A DNA stretch of 64,000 nt, from NCBI GenBank assembly GCA_001643675.2, contig LSRY02000015.1, forward strand, positions 434,001 to 498,000, written 5' to 3'. Every line of letters begins with the position of its first letter. Position 1 is the first letter of the stretch. The notes under the pieces were generated by a model that was not told where the DNA came from, searched no databases, and saw nothing but the letters and a program-made list of their open reading frames with translations. Origin of the DNA: Monocercomonoides exilis PA203. Lineage: Eukaryota > Protista > Preaxostyla. Positions 15,968-28,062 of the stretch are shown here, piece after piece. The position numbers and the translations under genes were made by a program.

Positions 15968-18181
15968 ATGACAAAAGAATTTGACGTTCGACGAAGCGAT
16001 AAGCTTTTTGAATCTTCTTATTTTACGTCTCAATCTCAACACTTGGCTTCGAGCTCTATTTCTGATATTTCTTCGTCAATTTTTAATTTCTCTAAAAGGA
16101 CCGATTCTACAAAACCGTTTTTCATATGCTCGAGTGAATCTACTTTTCCTCATGAACCTCGTCACGAAAAATTGCAATTACAGCCAATTTGTCAAAAGCA
16201 AAGCAATTCGACATTCCAAAATGTACATTCTTATATTGACTCTACTTCTTCCATTTCAACAATTCAAGGAAAAATGCAGACAAATCAACCTTTGGAAAAA
16301 TCACAACCTTTGAAAGGTACAGAAAAATATGGATTTGATGAAGTATCTTATCAAACTTACAAACAAAAATCACGTTCATATGCAAGCGAGATCGTTGAGA
16401 ATGTTTGTGGCTCGAAAAATAGCGGGTGTCAACAGGCGACTTCTTTTTCAAGATTTCAAGACTCTGCTCCAGTTCTTCTTGAGAAATATTCAAAAAACGA
16501 GGAAATGTCATACGCTGAAGCTATAAGCGGGATGGCTGCTCAATCAGGAAAAGAACAAGACATTGCCGAAAGCAGAGCCACGATCATCAAAATGGAGTGG
16601 GAAAATGCGATGAGGAATACAAACGCCAGGGCAGAGGAAAGAAGGGAGCTTCTGTACAACCTGGCACAAGCTAAAGAAGACGCTGGAGAAGAAATAAACT
16701 GGCTCACTAAAGATGAGCATATGAAGAAAAGAGAAGAGAAAGAGAGGCAGAAAGTTGTGAGTTCGCAGCTGCAGGAGGCAAAAGAGTTCTTCCAGATGTT
16801 TGGCGTTTGGCTGGAGAATGTGTGGCTAACTGAAGAAGAGCAAGCGATTTGGAAGAGAGAAGAGGAAGCAGCAAGGGCAAAGGCTGAAGACAAAGAGAGA
16901 AAACTGGAGGAGATGGGAGAAGAGAGGCTGACTGTTGAAGAGTTGTGGGCGATGCTGAACGATGCGCAGGAAAGGGGTATTAGCGAGAGCAGAAGGAAAG
17001 AACTTATCGATTTGATCAGGAAAAACGAGAAATTACAAGAAAGAGAAGAAAAGAAGAAGGACACATCCCTCAAAAAAAGGTATGAAAAGCATGCAGTTAA
17101 GCGATATCGCTGCAACAAGCTGTCTGCCGTTACGTTATTTGCAGACGAGCTGGTTGAGGAAAGCGGCGAGTCTGTTGAGGCAGCTAACGAAGCGCAGAAT
17201 TGTTCCTATGAATTTCAAAAGAGAGACAAAACAGAAAAGGCAACTTTTACTTCAAGCTGGTCAGGAGATAACAGGATTATTGAGGAATTGGATTACTCTT
17301 TGGAAGATGAGAACATGAAGAAAGAATTCACAACTGCTCAATTGACAAGCGAAAATGATGAAGAAGATGGAAAAGAAAAGGATTATTTTCTTTCTACGTT
17401 TAATGACAATTTGTCAGAGAAGCTGGTTACAGTATCTTCACACAAATCATTCATCAATAATCATTCAGCATTGTCTCAGCAGCTTCTTCTGCCTTCTTCT
17501 TCTTCTTCTTCTTCTTCAATTGATTCACCTCCTTTTCAATTTGCGATGGAAGCTCACAATTCTGCAAAAGAACATTATCATTCGCTCACTTCACTTCTTT
17601 GTCTTCCTTCTGTTCAATCAACAAATTCAGCTCACACAAAATTCTGTCCTTCTCATTCATATCCTGAGCAGAATATCCTCTCACTTTCTTCTCAGCAGTC
17701 TTCTTTGCCTTTTCTCCTCACCAGCTTCTCTTCCGAGGCACAACAAATGGTTCACTTTGAGCCATGTGCATTGCTTTTGGCACAACATCCCCTCGTTTTT
17801 GATGAAGACGCCTTTGAGTCTTCTGCCGTTTCAGTGCTCCCACAGTTTTCGCTCTCTTCTCTGCCATTTGCAGGCACACTCAATTTCAATGAAGAAGTTG
17901 TTGAACTTTGTGAAATTCCGCTCCCTCCTGAGAATGTCTTCATTCACCCTTCTGTCTCTTCTCTTCCGCTCGCTCGGCAGGTCAGCCGCCGCTTCTCCAG
18001 AGTTGTCTGTACACATCCGTTTGCTCCTTATGTAGTCTTTGGGGGAAGCAAATATCATCGCAGAAAGTGTCAGTGTGTTGTGCAGAAGAAGCTGAAAAGA
18101 TTGCGAAAGGGAAGAATTATATTTTGGAATATACAGTTTCACATACCAAAAAATCCGCATCTCTTTGGATGGTTTATGTGA
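15968..18181 (+). CDS. Hypothetical protein (~737 aa) with central charged coiled coil
   Basis: Long uninterrupted ORF, first ATG at 15968; no recognisable domain. Confidence 0.65.
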   Translation: MTKEFDVRRSDKLFESSYFTSQSQHLASSSISDISSSIFNFSKRTDSTKPFFICSSESTFPHEPRHEKLQLQPICQKQSNSTFQNVHSYIDSTSSISTIQGKMQTNQPLEKSQPLKGTEKYGFDEVSYQTYKQKSRSYASEIVENVCGSKNSGCQQATSFSRFQDSAPVLLEKYSKNEEMSYAEAISGMAAQSGKEQDIAESRATIIKMEWENAMRNTNARAEERRELLYNLAQAKEDAGEEINWLTKDEHMKKREEKERQKVVSSQLQEAKEFFQMFGVWLENVWLTEEEQAIWKREEEAARAKAEDKERKLEEMGEERLTVEELWAMLNDAQERGISESRRKELIDLIRKNEKLQEREEKKKDTSLKKRYEKHAVKRYRCNKLSAVTLFADELVEESGESVEAANEAQNCSYEFQKRDKTEKATFTSSWSGDNRIIEELDYSLEDENMKKEFTTAQLTSENDEEDGKEKDYFLSTFNDNLSEKLVTVSSHKSFINNHSALSQQLLLPSSSSSSSSIDSPPFQFAMEAHNSAKEHYHSLTSLLCLPSVQSTNSAHTKFCPSHSYPEQNILSLSSQQSSLPFLLTSFSSEAQQMVHFEPCALLLAQHPLVFDEDAFESSAVSVLPQFSLSSLPFAGTLNFNEEVVELCEIPLPPENVFIHPSVSSLPLARQVSRRFSRVVCTHPFAPYVVFGGSKYHRRKCQCVVQKKLKRLRKGRIIFWNIQFHIPKNPHLFGWFM

Positions 18182-19362
18182 TGAATCTGAATAATTAAAA
18201 AGAAATTTTTGAAGGGGTTTCATATTTTCTTTTAAACGTAAAAATCATTGGATTACGCATTAAAACTGGTAAACGTTATTTTCTGACACTATTTTTTGTT
18301 GAATTTTTATAATTGTTTTTTAACGTCACCTTTTGGACTATTAGATGAAAAGAAAATAATGGCAAGAATGGTCATGAAGCCTTTGAGCACCATTTTACGA
18401 ATTTTTTGTTAAGAATGAACTATTTTTTGTATTCACAATGGAGAAGACCATTTTGACAAAACTCAAACAAAAGAATGATTTCTTTCGGAATAAGTCATAT
18501 TGTATTCTGAGAAAAAGATGAATATGTTTTTTTGAATGAATAGTCAATTGGTTTTCCATATGAAAGTTACAAGTGATGAGACAACAATGAAAACGATAAA
18601 TTTTGCCTTTCTATTGTGGATAGGAATTTTGTAAAGAGGGAATAGTGTTGTTTGAAAGTGATCTTAATCAATAGAAGGAAGAAAAAGCTATCCAATTGAT
18701 TCGTTTCGATGAAGATTAACAGATAGGATAAGAAAAAATAAAATATAATATAATTTAATATGGAGATTCAAAAAATGAGTGAAGACAGAAAGTATTTTCT
18801 CATGAACTTTTTTGTCAGATCAAACTTTGGTTTTGAGAAAAAGATTAATTATCTTAATCATTTCAATCTTGCCAAGTCTTTATCAATAAATTCATCAAAA
18901 ACGACTCATGTCCTTTTCAAAGTTTTTCTTTTATTAAATCAAATATCCTATCATGAAAATGTACACGTAAATATTCACGCTCAACAATGCAAATAACTTT
19001 AATTTTTCGCAGGAAATAATTTTCAGTTAAAATTTTTCCTAATTTTTTGTTGAAACGTATTATTTGGTATAACATCAAGTGATATGTGCAATTCCTCTTT
19101 TTTGCTTGTTTGTCAGAATGTTCTGATAATAACATTTCATTTGCATTGTTTTCTTTAACTTCCACTTTTCTTCTCTAAAAATATTGAAAAAAAATTATTC
19201 GATAAATTTCCATTTTTTTAATTGTCAGCTGAAATGTTGATGCTTCATTCATAAACAGTTGTTCAACAAATTATTTAACTTTTATATGAACGTTTTGAAA
19301 AACGAATGCACAGTCCCATTCTTAATGTTTTCATTATTGGTTGACAGAAAATATCGATACTG

Positions 19363-21362
19363 ATGCTGAAAGCCAGTATCAATAAAAAATCTTATGAAAA
19401 TGGTTTCGAAATGAATGATGAAATGAATGTGGAAGAAGAAATTAATTATCTAAAAAGAGGTTTTTTGTTAATAAGAATAATTTTTAAAATCTGGCGATAT
19501 GAACAATCATATATTTTTTATTTTGTTTTATTTTGTTTTTAACTTTTTTATACAGAAATCAGGGAAAAAGAAGTTGGAGAAATTGAACCGCAGATGAGAA
19601 AACTTTATCACTTGCTAAAATTATTGAAGTCTGGATTGTATGGGCTGTTTAATGATTTGCAAGATGCAAAGATGATTGAAAAATTGATTGATAATTGCGG
19701 AAATTTTCAAAGTCCTCGTGAAGTTTTAACAGCTCGCGTCCTTGGGGGAATATCTCGAATTTTATGCCTTTCTTATGATTTTGATGAAGAAGAATATGAA
19801 ATGGATATGGGAAATCTTTCTGAGCCAGCGAAAAGACTGGCAAAATCAATTCCACTATTTTCTGGTGAGGAGAGATATAAAACTATTGATGATGAACTTG
19901 TTGCTTTAGGCGAATGTGATGACGAAGATATTTGTTTGAATACAATTGCTTATTATAGATATCTTAGTATCGATAACGGTATTGAATTCTTTTTGAAACA
20001 GAAACCCATTTCTTATTTTTATTTATCTTCTCAGGATGTACTCCAGTTATTGGAGAGTACTCATGCGCTTTGATTGGGAAATGGTTATATAGTCTTTTGT
20101 CTCACAGCATTCACTCTGTTATTATTGAAACATTGAAAACGGTGAAAAAGCTGTCATCACTGAAAGTTTATTTGAAATTAGGCAAGACAGTCAAAACGAA
20201 TAACGTTTTAACTCTTGATTCGTTTATTCCAAATCCAAATGCATCCAATACCAAACAAGCATCTGTTGGATCATCCAAGTTCAATTCTTCTGATTGGGTT
20301 CCACCTGTGTACTCACATGGTGCGATATGCTCAGTCGCATTAAAGGCATTTCATTGTTTATGCAGGCTTTCAGCAAAACATGTTTCTGCATTTGCTCATA
20401 TATTAACTTGCCAGGACAGAATTGTGGAAAAGGTGTTTTTTTATTTATTTGGAAGCTGGACCGAAGAAGAATGGAAGGCTATTTTCCCTGGAAGCAGATT
20501 TTTAGAGGAAAGTTGCTGTGATATTTATTCTTCAGGTGGAGCTAATTTCCAACATATGATTGATGGACAATATTGCGAAGAGCTTAGTGTGCGAAAAATG
20601 ATTTCAAAGTTTCAGATGTGCGCAATTATGTTCATCAGATGTTGGTTTGTGAGGCAGAGTTATGAAGCAGTCAACAGATGCATGAAAAGAGATGTTATGA
20701 GAAGAATAGCTTCATTGTTGTGCTACTCTGATAGCGATAAGATGAAACTGGAGGCAGCGAAGGCACTTTTGAATGGATGGGCCTGTTTATCATCGAATGC
20801 GCATATGCGGAAGCTAACTGTTAAGAAAAGAATAGTGTTTCTTGAATATTCTGAATGCCTTTCTCATCCTTTACGCAAAGAGTTAATTGCAAAATTGGCT
20901 GAAGCATGCGAAGAAGAAGGCGTTATTGACATGTTGAATGCACATTTGACACCAAATTTATCAGCAGATGTGGTCAAAGCGAAGAAGGATGAACGAATAA
21001 AAAGAAGGCTGAACGCAAAATGTGATCCAAGCATTTGTCCGGTTTGCGCCATGTTTGTAGATGCAGATATCAATTATAATGAAATTGGAAGAGAAGATGA
21101 GAAAGAGAGAGAAAAGAAAGTTATATATCTAAAGACGCAATTTCAGGATCTTTTGGATTCAAAAGTCAAAGGAAAAGAATATTTTGAACTACTTAATAAA
21201 TGCATAAATGCAGGAGATATGTCTTCGAATGAGTATTCGCAGCTTGAATATCAATATGATTGGGTGTCTTCGTTCATTGATGATAAAACAAATGATCAAT
21301 GCTGTGAAGATTCGGAGAGTGAAGAAGATGATGGATATGAGACGAAATATTATATTTTCTGA
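19363..21362 (+). CDS. Hypothetical helical (possibly ARM-like) protein, 3 exons
   Basis: Introns ~19460-19555 and 19979-20034 (GT-AG) join ORFs 19594-20073 and 20070-21362 in frame (DN|GCTPVIGEYSCALIGKW). Start codon uncertain (19363 or 19411). Confidence 0.65.
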
Positions 21363-22041
21363 ATTTTGTTCCTCCTCACCCATATGCACATGCATTTTTG
21401 AATCTCTAAAGTTGTTCAAAAAATTTTCAATACTTTTATTGCATTATTATGTTGGACTTTTTATGCAATGAAAACAGAAAAAGAATGGAACAAATCGTGA
21501 TTTTATTCAAAAAAGCAAATTTTTTTCCTCATATCAATAATTATTATTTCAAACATTTTATTTTTCTAACGAAACACAACGTTTATCAAAAATATTATGA
21601 AAGAGCTGCTCGCCGTTGAATTGATAACATCTCACTAAAAATGCATTCAGAAATAACAGTTTTTTATGATAATGTTGTAAGAGAAACATCACGAAAGAAA
21701 TTTGAAATCACATTTCTTCAAAGAGAAACAGATGAAAAAATCTCTTTGTATTTTATGTGTTTCTTTTTTGAATTCACAGAAAATATCACGACCGTATGGA
21801 TAAGTTATCAGAGTACTGAGAGGGATAAGAGTGATAGCATCAATTAAGTCGAAAGCGAATTTTTGGAAAATGTCAGGTTTAGTTTTCATTTGATGATTGT
21901 TGAGCAATGTACACAATTTATTTCTACTTGATTCATTAGAATTTTTTTAAAGGATCATCTTATTTAAGCTCATTTTTCTTTTTGATTCATAAAAATTTAA
22001 AAATAGAAAAAAATTAAAAAGTCCTGGCAAATTTTGTTTTG

Positions 22042-22491
22042 CAGTCTAAATCGGATATAATCACATCGGTTTTTGCACAACTTTTTGTGATTATATCCGA
22101 TTGTGATAATATCCGATGCTGTTTAACACAGAAAAAAAATAAAAAATAAAAAATAAAAAATAAATTTTTGGTAAATTTTTTTGTTTTTGGAAATTCTACA
22201 CAAATACACTTTTTTCACTTGCTTGAACAATTTTGATCATTAATACACATAATTTTGACGTATATAAATATAATTTTGACAAATCAAAAAATTGAGATTT
22301 CTGATCAAAAAATCGGATTTTCAATGAAAAATTCACACATAATGAAAAAAAAATGTGATAATATATTTTCAGCCCTGTGATTATATGCGATGGAAAATGA
22401 ATGAAAAAAGAAAAAAATTGACTGTACATCGAAAAAAGTGAATATAAACGAATGTGATTGAATTCGATGTAATTATGAAGGGATTAGACTG
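22042..22491. mobile_element. Non-autonomous pogo/Tigger-like MITE (450 bp)
   Basis: Imperfect TIRs CAGTCTAA-N7-ATAATYACATCG at both ends, TA on the right flank (TG on the left), repeated subterminal motif TGTGAT(T/A)ATAT(C/G)CGAT, no ORF. Confidence 0.7.
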
Positions 22492-23351
22492 TATTCTAAT
22501 TGTGTGATTATTTTTGAAATCATATTTTTTCTTTCAAAAATTTCGGTTCGAAAATTTCACTTGAAAATCAACAATAGAACGCTGAAAAGTGAACAGGTAT
22601 ATTCAAGACATCTTTATTTTTATTTCAAATAATGCATTTGTTATTAAACTAGTCATCATGAATTGTGCATTTGAAAACAAATTTTTTTCCAAAAATCAAC
22701 AAGTTTTGAAAAATATTCACCCAGAAAAAAGTTATGCTTTCAATAATCATCACCACATTCTTTCTTTTTTCACCTTTTCTTTTCCATTTTCACTATTTTT
22801 AAAAAAATTTGATTCATCGTGACCTTTATCTTCATCTGGGTGATTGTTAAAAAAATTATAACTGATTTTGGAGTTTTGATAAATGAGTGTATTTCATCTA
22901 TGGAAAGAAGTTTCAGGGAATAAGGCTTCATTATGAGTTTCGAAAAAAAAATTAAAAAAAAAAACATTATAAAAGGCTAAAGGTTTTCAAGTTAACTTTC
23001 ATTTAAACATTAAGGTGTTTGTTGTGTGCTTTATAAATCATTTGGGGCAAAATATTTTGCTTCAGGAATTTTCATTGAAAAATTATGATCTTTTCATTGA
23101 CTTTTTGTGAACAAGAAACATTATTATAATGTGTCCTTTTTTTGACATTCGTGAAATAATACAAAGCTTTATGTTTTGATTTCAATAATGCCTGTTTACG
23201 GATGTGAAAATCTTATTTATTTTGAAATCTGAGTGACATTTATGAAGTTGCCAGAGAAACAAGATTTTTCCACTTTGCGCTAAAAAAGCTTGAAAGTCAA
23301 TGTTTTCCCCCAAACATTAATCAAAAGTGAATAATTTTGCAATGAAAAAAC

Positions 23352-24911
23352 CTAAAGCTCGATATCATTCCCCATATTTTTATCTGAATATTCTTTTTGA
23401 AATACAATGATTTCAGCTTCAATCACACATTTGTTGTTTGTTTTCAAAACATTTAATATATGCTTTTTTTCTTCAAAAACAATTCTTCTTCTTAAATTTT
23501 CTTTTTTTTCAGTGATTCCTTATATTTTCATCTCATATTTTTCATTTCATTCATCCCATTCATCATCAAACATTTCTTTTGTAATTTCTTTTCCGAAAAA
23601 GTCGAAACAATGTGTATGCGAAGGAACTTTGATTTGAGAAGAGTTACATAGCATCATATACACTTTCACTGTAGCATTAAAGAAAAAAATACCATTGATA
23701 AAGGCTTATCTGATGACTGATGTTGTGAATGCTGTGTGAAGGGCTTGTGGCAACACATCTGCAACAGCTGTTCTTTTTGAAGATAAGGAGGTGGATGATG
23801 GGGAGCTGATATTGTTTGAAAGCTCCGACTTCAACACTGCAAATACGCCTCTGTCCAGCGGCTGAGATATGTGTGTAGTGTGTGGAACGAAGGTGACGAC
23901 GTCAATTTCGGCTTTTTTGATCAATCTCCATATTGTTGGATCTGCATGTGATGAGTGTGAGTCAAGGAGAAGAAGGCAACGATGAGATTCAATACGTGTT
24001 CGCTTTATTCTATCAATGACAGCCTGCAGTTGGACTGTAAAAACGTATTTTTTTCCATGACGTTTTGTCCATCCAGCCGTTTGTATTTGGCCAAATATCT
24101 AGCGAATGTGTTAACAGTGTTGTCAGTTCTTTCGGAAGATTTGCGCTCGGCCACAGCACGACAGACGGAAGCGAGAAGCCATCAGCAGCGATTCCAGCAA
24201 CGAGAGTGGTATTCGGCATCCGATCGGCAGTCTTTTTGAACGCAGCTTGTTCATCTGCAGGATGAACAACAACGCCACGTGTTGAAGTTGGAATTCGAAG
24301 CGAAGATCCATCTATATTGAAGATTAATTCCTCTGGATATTTATTTTCATTGAGTAATACTTGTAATTCCGTAAACCACGGCTTAAGGACTTTCTGGCAA
24401 GATGCTGCAAGTCTGTAAATATCAACTTTCTTTGGAATCGATGACTTCAATTCAGGATGACACTTTTTGAAGGTGCAAACTGTCTTCGAAGTCACTGTCT
24501 TTTTCTTTTATATCTTCCTCATCGTTGATAAAAACTTCCATCTTAAATACAAATTAATATATACAATTCAAATATCATTTACAAACCAGATCGCGCGCTT
24601 TTCGTAATGTGAAGCTTGTCCCAGATCGGGATTCAATTGTAACAACTTCCAAGTATTGCCTTTCTTTTTCGCCGCTGATAATTGGTGTGCGCCCAACTTT
24701 TGCAATCGGCCTGCCATTTTTTATTGCTTTTACTGCGTGCTCCAAAGATTTTTTTGCTTATTCCACAGTATTTTTCTCCATCGACCAGCCTGACAACATT
24801 ATCATACACAATGTGTGCAATTCTTTCCAATCTTGTCTCATATTTCCTGCGATGCAATGTTGACACTGCTTCCTTCAGCCTCTTTTCCCCAGCTTCTCCT
24901 TTTTGTTTCAC
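23352..24911 (-). pseudogene. Frameshifted pogo-like DDE_1 transposase
   Basis: Fragments IFNIDGSS, GWMDK, LLLLDSHSSHADP and FVPHTTHISQPLDRGVF lie in different frames; 45-nt intron 24542-24586; clear paralogue of 25526-27061. Confidence 0.88.
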
Positions 24912-25153
24912 AGAAATTTTTATTTCTGTTATATGTCTATGATCATTGAAATATATTTTAATTTATTGATTCTCATTTAAGAATTTTTTTATTTATATTT
25001 AAATTTTTGAATGAAGAGGAAAGTTTTATAAACCTTAATGTAGCACAATTTTTCATGAAAGCTCAATGGAAGGACTTGAACCCCTCCATTTACCCCCATG
25101 AGAAATTGGATTTCTTTCAAAATTCAAATATTGGAAAACTTCACATTTGAATA

Positions 25154-27141
25154 GGGTTATAATATTATCTCGACCTTTTTTTTAATAAATCATTAACTTT
25201 TCCCACAATTTCATATTTTTAAAGATTTTTAAGTATATATATGAATTCAATAGATAAAAATAAATACATTTTGAAACAAACCCAATTTCGCATGGGGGGG
25301 GAGATGGGGGGGTTTAGCCCCTTCATTGAACTTCTGTGTGGAATTGGAGGGTTGCATGGGGCATAAAACCTTCAGTTTGTTTAAAATGTTATTTTTCGAT
25401 TATTTTTTCATTTCATTTCAATTAAAAAAATAAAAAATTATTATGATCTTAAAAATATTATTAAAAAAATGAAAATATAAACAGAAATAGAATTAAAAGA
25501 AGGTCAGAAAAAATTACAGAGAGTAATGTCTTCGCGCAAGTACAGGAATTATCACAGTCGGCTGGAGCGAATGGCTCACATCGTTGTTGATGGAGTTGTT
25601 CGTATAACTGATGCTATCAATTCTAAGGAATTTAGTCGCACTGGAATAAAAAATGCAGTTAGAGCGCTGAGAAAAGGTAGGCTGGTTGGAAAAATTGGCA
25701 GACCTACAGCAGTGGTGGGCGAAAAGGAACAAAGAGTAATGGACATTATTCACATTGAAGTAAAGTCTGGAACATGTTTAACTTTGAAAAAAACAAGAGA
25801 ATGGGTTTGTTTAATTTTTATTTATATGTTTTAATCATTTGTTTTTCAGATAGAAAATGTTATAAACGACTACGATGACGAAGACGCACCATTTTCCGAA
25901 GTTTCAATGTCTGCAACTTTCGGCTTTGTCAAGCTTCATCCTGAGCTGATGACTGGAACACCGAAGAATCTGGACATTAACAGACTGGCTGTTTCGTGCA
26001 GAAGTGTTTTAAAACCCTGGTACAAAACACTTGACGAGCTGCACGAAAAATACCATTACAACCCAGCTTTAATAATAAACATTGACGAATCTTTAACGCG
26101 CGTTCCCACAGACTCAAAACGGCTTGTAGTGCATACAGCAGATACAAAAGCAGGTTTCACGAAAGAAACACCGAGGATGATCAATTCCACATTCGTAGCA
26201 GCTGTTGCAGCGGACGGATATGCCTTTCCTTCTGTCATTTTGTGGCCAAGCGTCAACCTGCCAGATGAGCTGAAATGCCTGTTATCTCCAACGCTTGAGA
26301 TATGGGTAAATGGAAGCGGCTGGATGGATAACGAGTGCTTTAAAATGTATGCTCTCACCGTTCTTCCACCTTCTATCATCGAAAGAAGAAAGCGCATGTC
26401 ACTTGAAAACGAACACATTCTTCTCCTTCTTGATTCGCATGCATCTCGTGCAGATCCATCGATCTGGCGAGAATTCCAAAAACAACAAGTCGACGTTTTA
26501 ACCTTCGTGCCACACAGCACACACATCTGTCAATCACTGGACAGAGAAGTGTTTGCTGTATTCAAATCTGAACTGACAAACAGATTTGAGGCTCCCTCTT
26601 CTTCTTCATCTTCCTCCAAACGAGCTGCAAATTCCGACGTTCTGCCTCAAGCCATCCACACTGCGTTATCTTTTTATGAAATACAGATAGCTTTCGTCTA
26701 CAGTGGTATTCTTCACAATTCTTCTGGGTCAGTTCTTTTGAAACTGCCTGAATCTTCGATTTACCCTCTTCCATCCCGAAGAAATAGATTCAACTTTTAT
26801 GGAAAAGTGATAACAGACGAAAATCTTTTAGAGAAATGTGAAAATCATTTGAAAATGAATATTGAAAGGAAAAATGAAATGGATGAAAAGGAGAAAGATG
26901 AAGTGAAGACTGTTGTGGATGAAAAGAAAAAAATAAAAAGAAAATATCTTCACGTTAAAAACGATGATTCTGACGATGAAAAGAAAGATAATGCATTAAA
27001 TCGAGCTGAAGGAAAAAGGAAAGTTATCAGAAGAATTAATTCTGATTTTGTTTTCTTTTAATCATGTTATTTTTTGAACTTTTAACACTTCATTTTTTTG
27101 GGTCAGAATAAAGAAAAAGGGTCAAGATAAAATAATAACCC
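25154..27141 (+). mobile_element. Full-length pogo/Fot1-like DNA transposon (1,988 bp) with TIRs and TA target duplication
   Basis: Left GGGTTATAATATTATCTCGACCTTTTT versus right (revcomp) GGGTTATTATTTTATCTTGACCCTTTT, 23/27 identical; TA at 25152-25153 and 27142-27143. Confidence 0.88.
25526..27061 (+). CDS. pogo-like DD35D transposase (DDE_1), 2 exons, ~496 aa
   Basis: Exons 25526-25804 and 25850-27061 join in frame across a 45-nt GT-AG intron; motifs GRP, INIDES, GWMD, LLLLDSHASR and PHSTHICQSLD with 35 residues between the last two Asp. Confidence 0.9.
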
Positions 27142-28062
27142 TATATACCAAAAATATATTTTGAAATATCATTTGTGGTACAGATTAATTTTTATTTAAG
27201 AAAAAAGTGCCAATGAAAAGATGACCCTATACAAATGAAATTTTTGAGCAAAGAACAAACATCATCAATTGGATATAAAAAGATATTTGCTTTGCGATTG
27301 TATTTCAAATCATCTTATTTCATTCACAACACTAAAATTTGAATTATTTTTGACGAATTGAATGGAAGTTAATTTTATAATTGTTTCTTTGTTGAAAATT
27401 CGTGAATAAATCGAAATGAATGAAGCTGATTCAAAATAAAAGAAGATTCTGTAAAAAACTCAAAGTGTGAGTGAAAAGTGTAAAGAAGGATTGAATATAT
27501 AAAAATAGTGCTTGAAAAAGCTGGTTGCTGATTATATAAACTCAATAAAACTCAATGGAAGAACATATTATTAACACAAAATATGAAACATTGAATAACA
27601 AATGAACAAAAAATTAAGAGATAAAATGGAAAAGCTAAAACACAAAAGTGAAATATATAAATGGATTTGTGTGATATGAAAATTGCAACAAACACGAATA
27701 ACAATGAAATGGTTGTAAATTTTGTGACAAATTGAAAAAAACCAAAACGTAGTCAAATGCCTAAAATATTAAAACTAACAAACAAAAAATTTGACAATAA
27801 CAAAAAGAATATTAAACAAACTCAAATCTTCAATTCAAAACAAAAGAAAAACACTCAACGTGTGCTCTCTCTTTTTTCAATTAAAATGAATCTAGCAATA
27901 TCACAAATAAAAAGCAAGAAATTAATCATGGTGATTGATGGTGTCAGCCATTCACAAAAAAAAAAATACTCATTTTTCACACTTTTCCTCCACAAAAAAA
28001 TTCATTCCCTATTTTCTGATTTTCAACATTCTCTCTCTGATATGAAAGTTTGAGTCTTCTTT

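Larger units (their letters stand above)
23083..27227 (-). mobile_element. Older pogo-like (DD35D) DNA transposon, interrupted by the nested element at 25154-27141
   Basis: Decayed transposase at ~23352-24911; displaced 5' TIR (revcomp GGGTCATCTTTTCATTGGCACTTTTTT) ends at 27227 followed by TA; probable eroded 3' TIR ATCTTTTCATTG-ACTTTT at 23088-23105. Confidence 0.65.

Noticed and set aside
20034-20073. Apparent frameshift between ORFs 19594-20073 and 20070-21362
   Set aside because: Resolved by a 56-nt GT-AG intron at 19979-20034; no recoding needed.
22050-22117. Short repeats with a spacer, superficially CRISPR- or operator-like
   Set aside because: Copies are inverted and irregularly spaced, the context is eukaryotic and there are no cas genes; explained by MITE subterminal repeats.
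25030-25370. Large imperfect palindrome suggesting an inverted duplication or composite transposon
   Set aside because: TIR and TA positions show a nested insertion of a related element instead.
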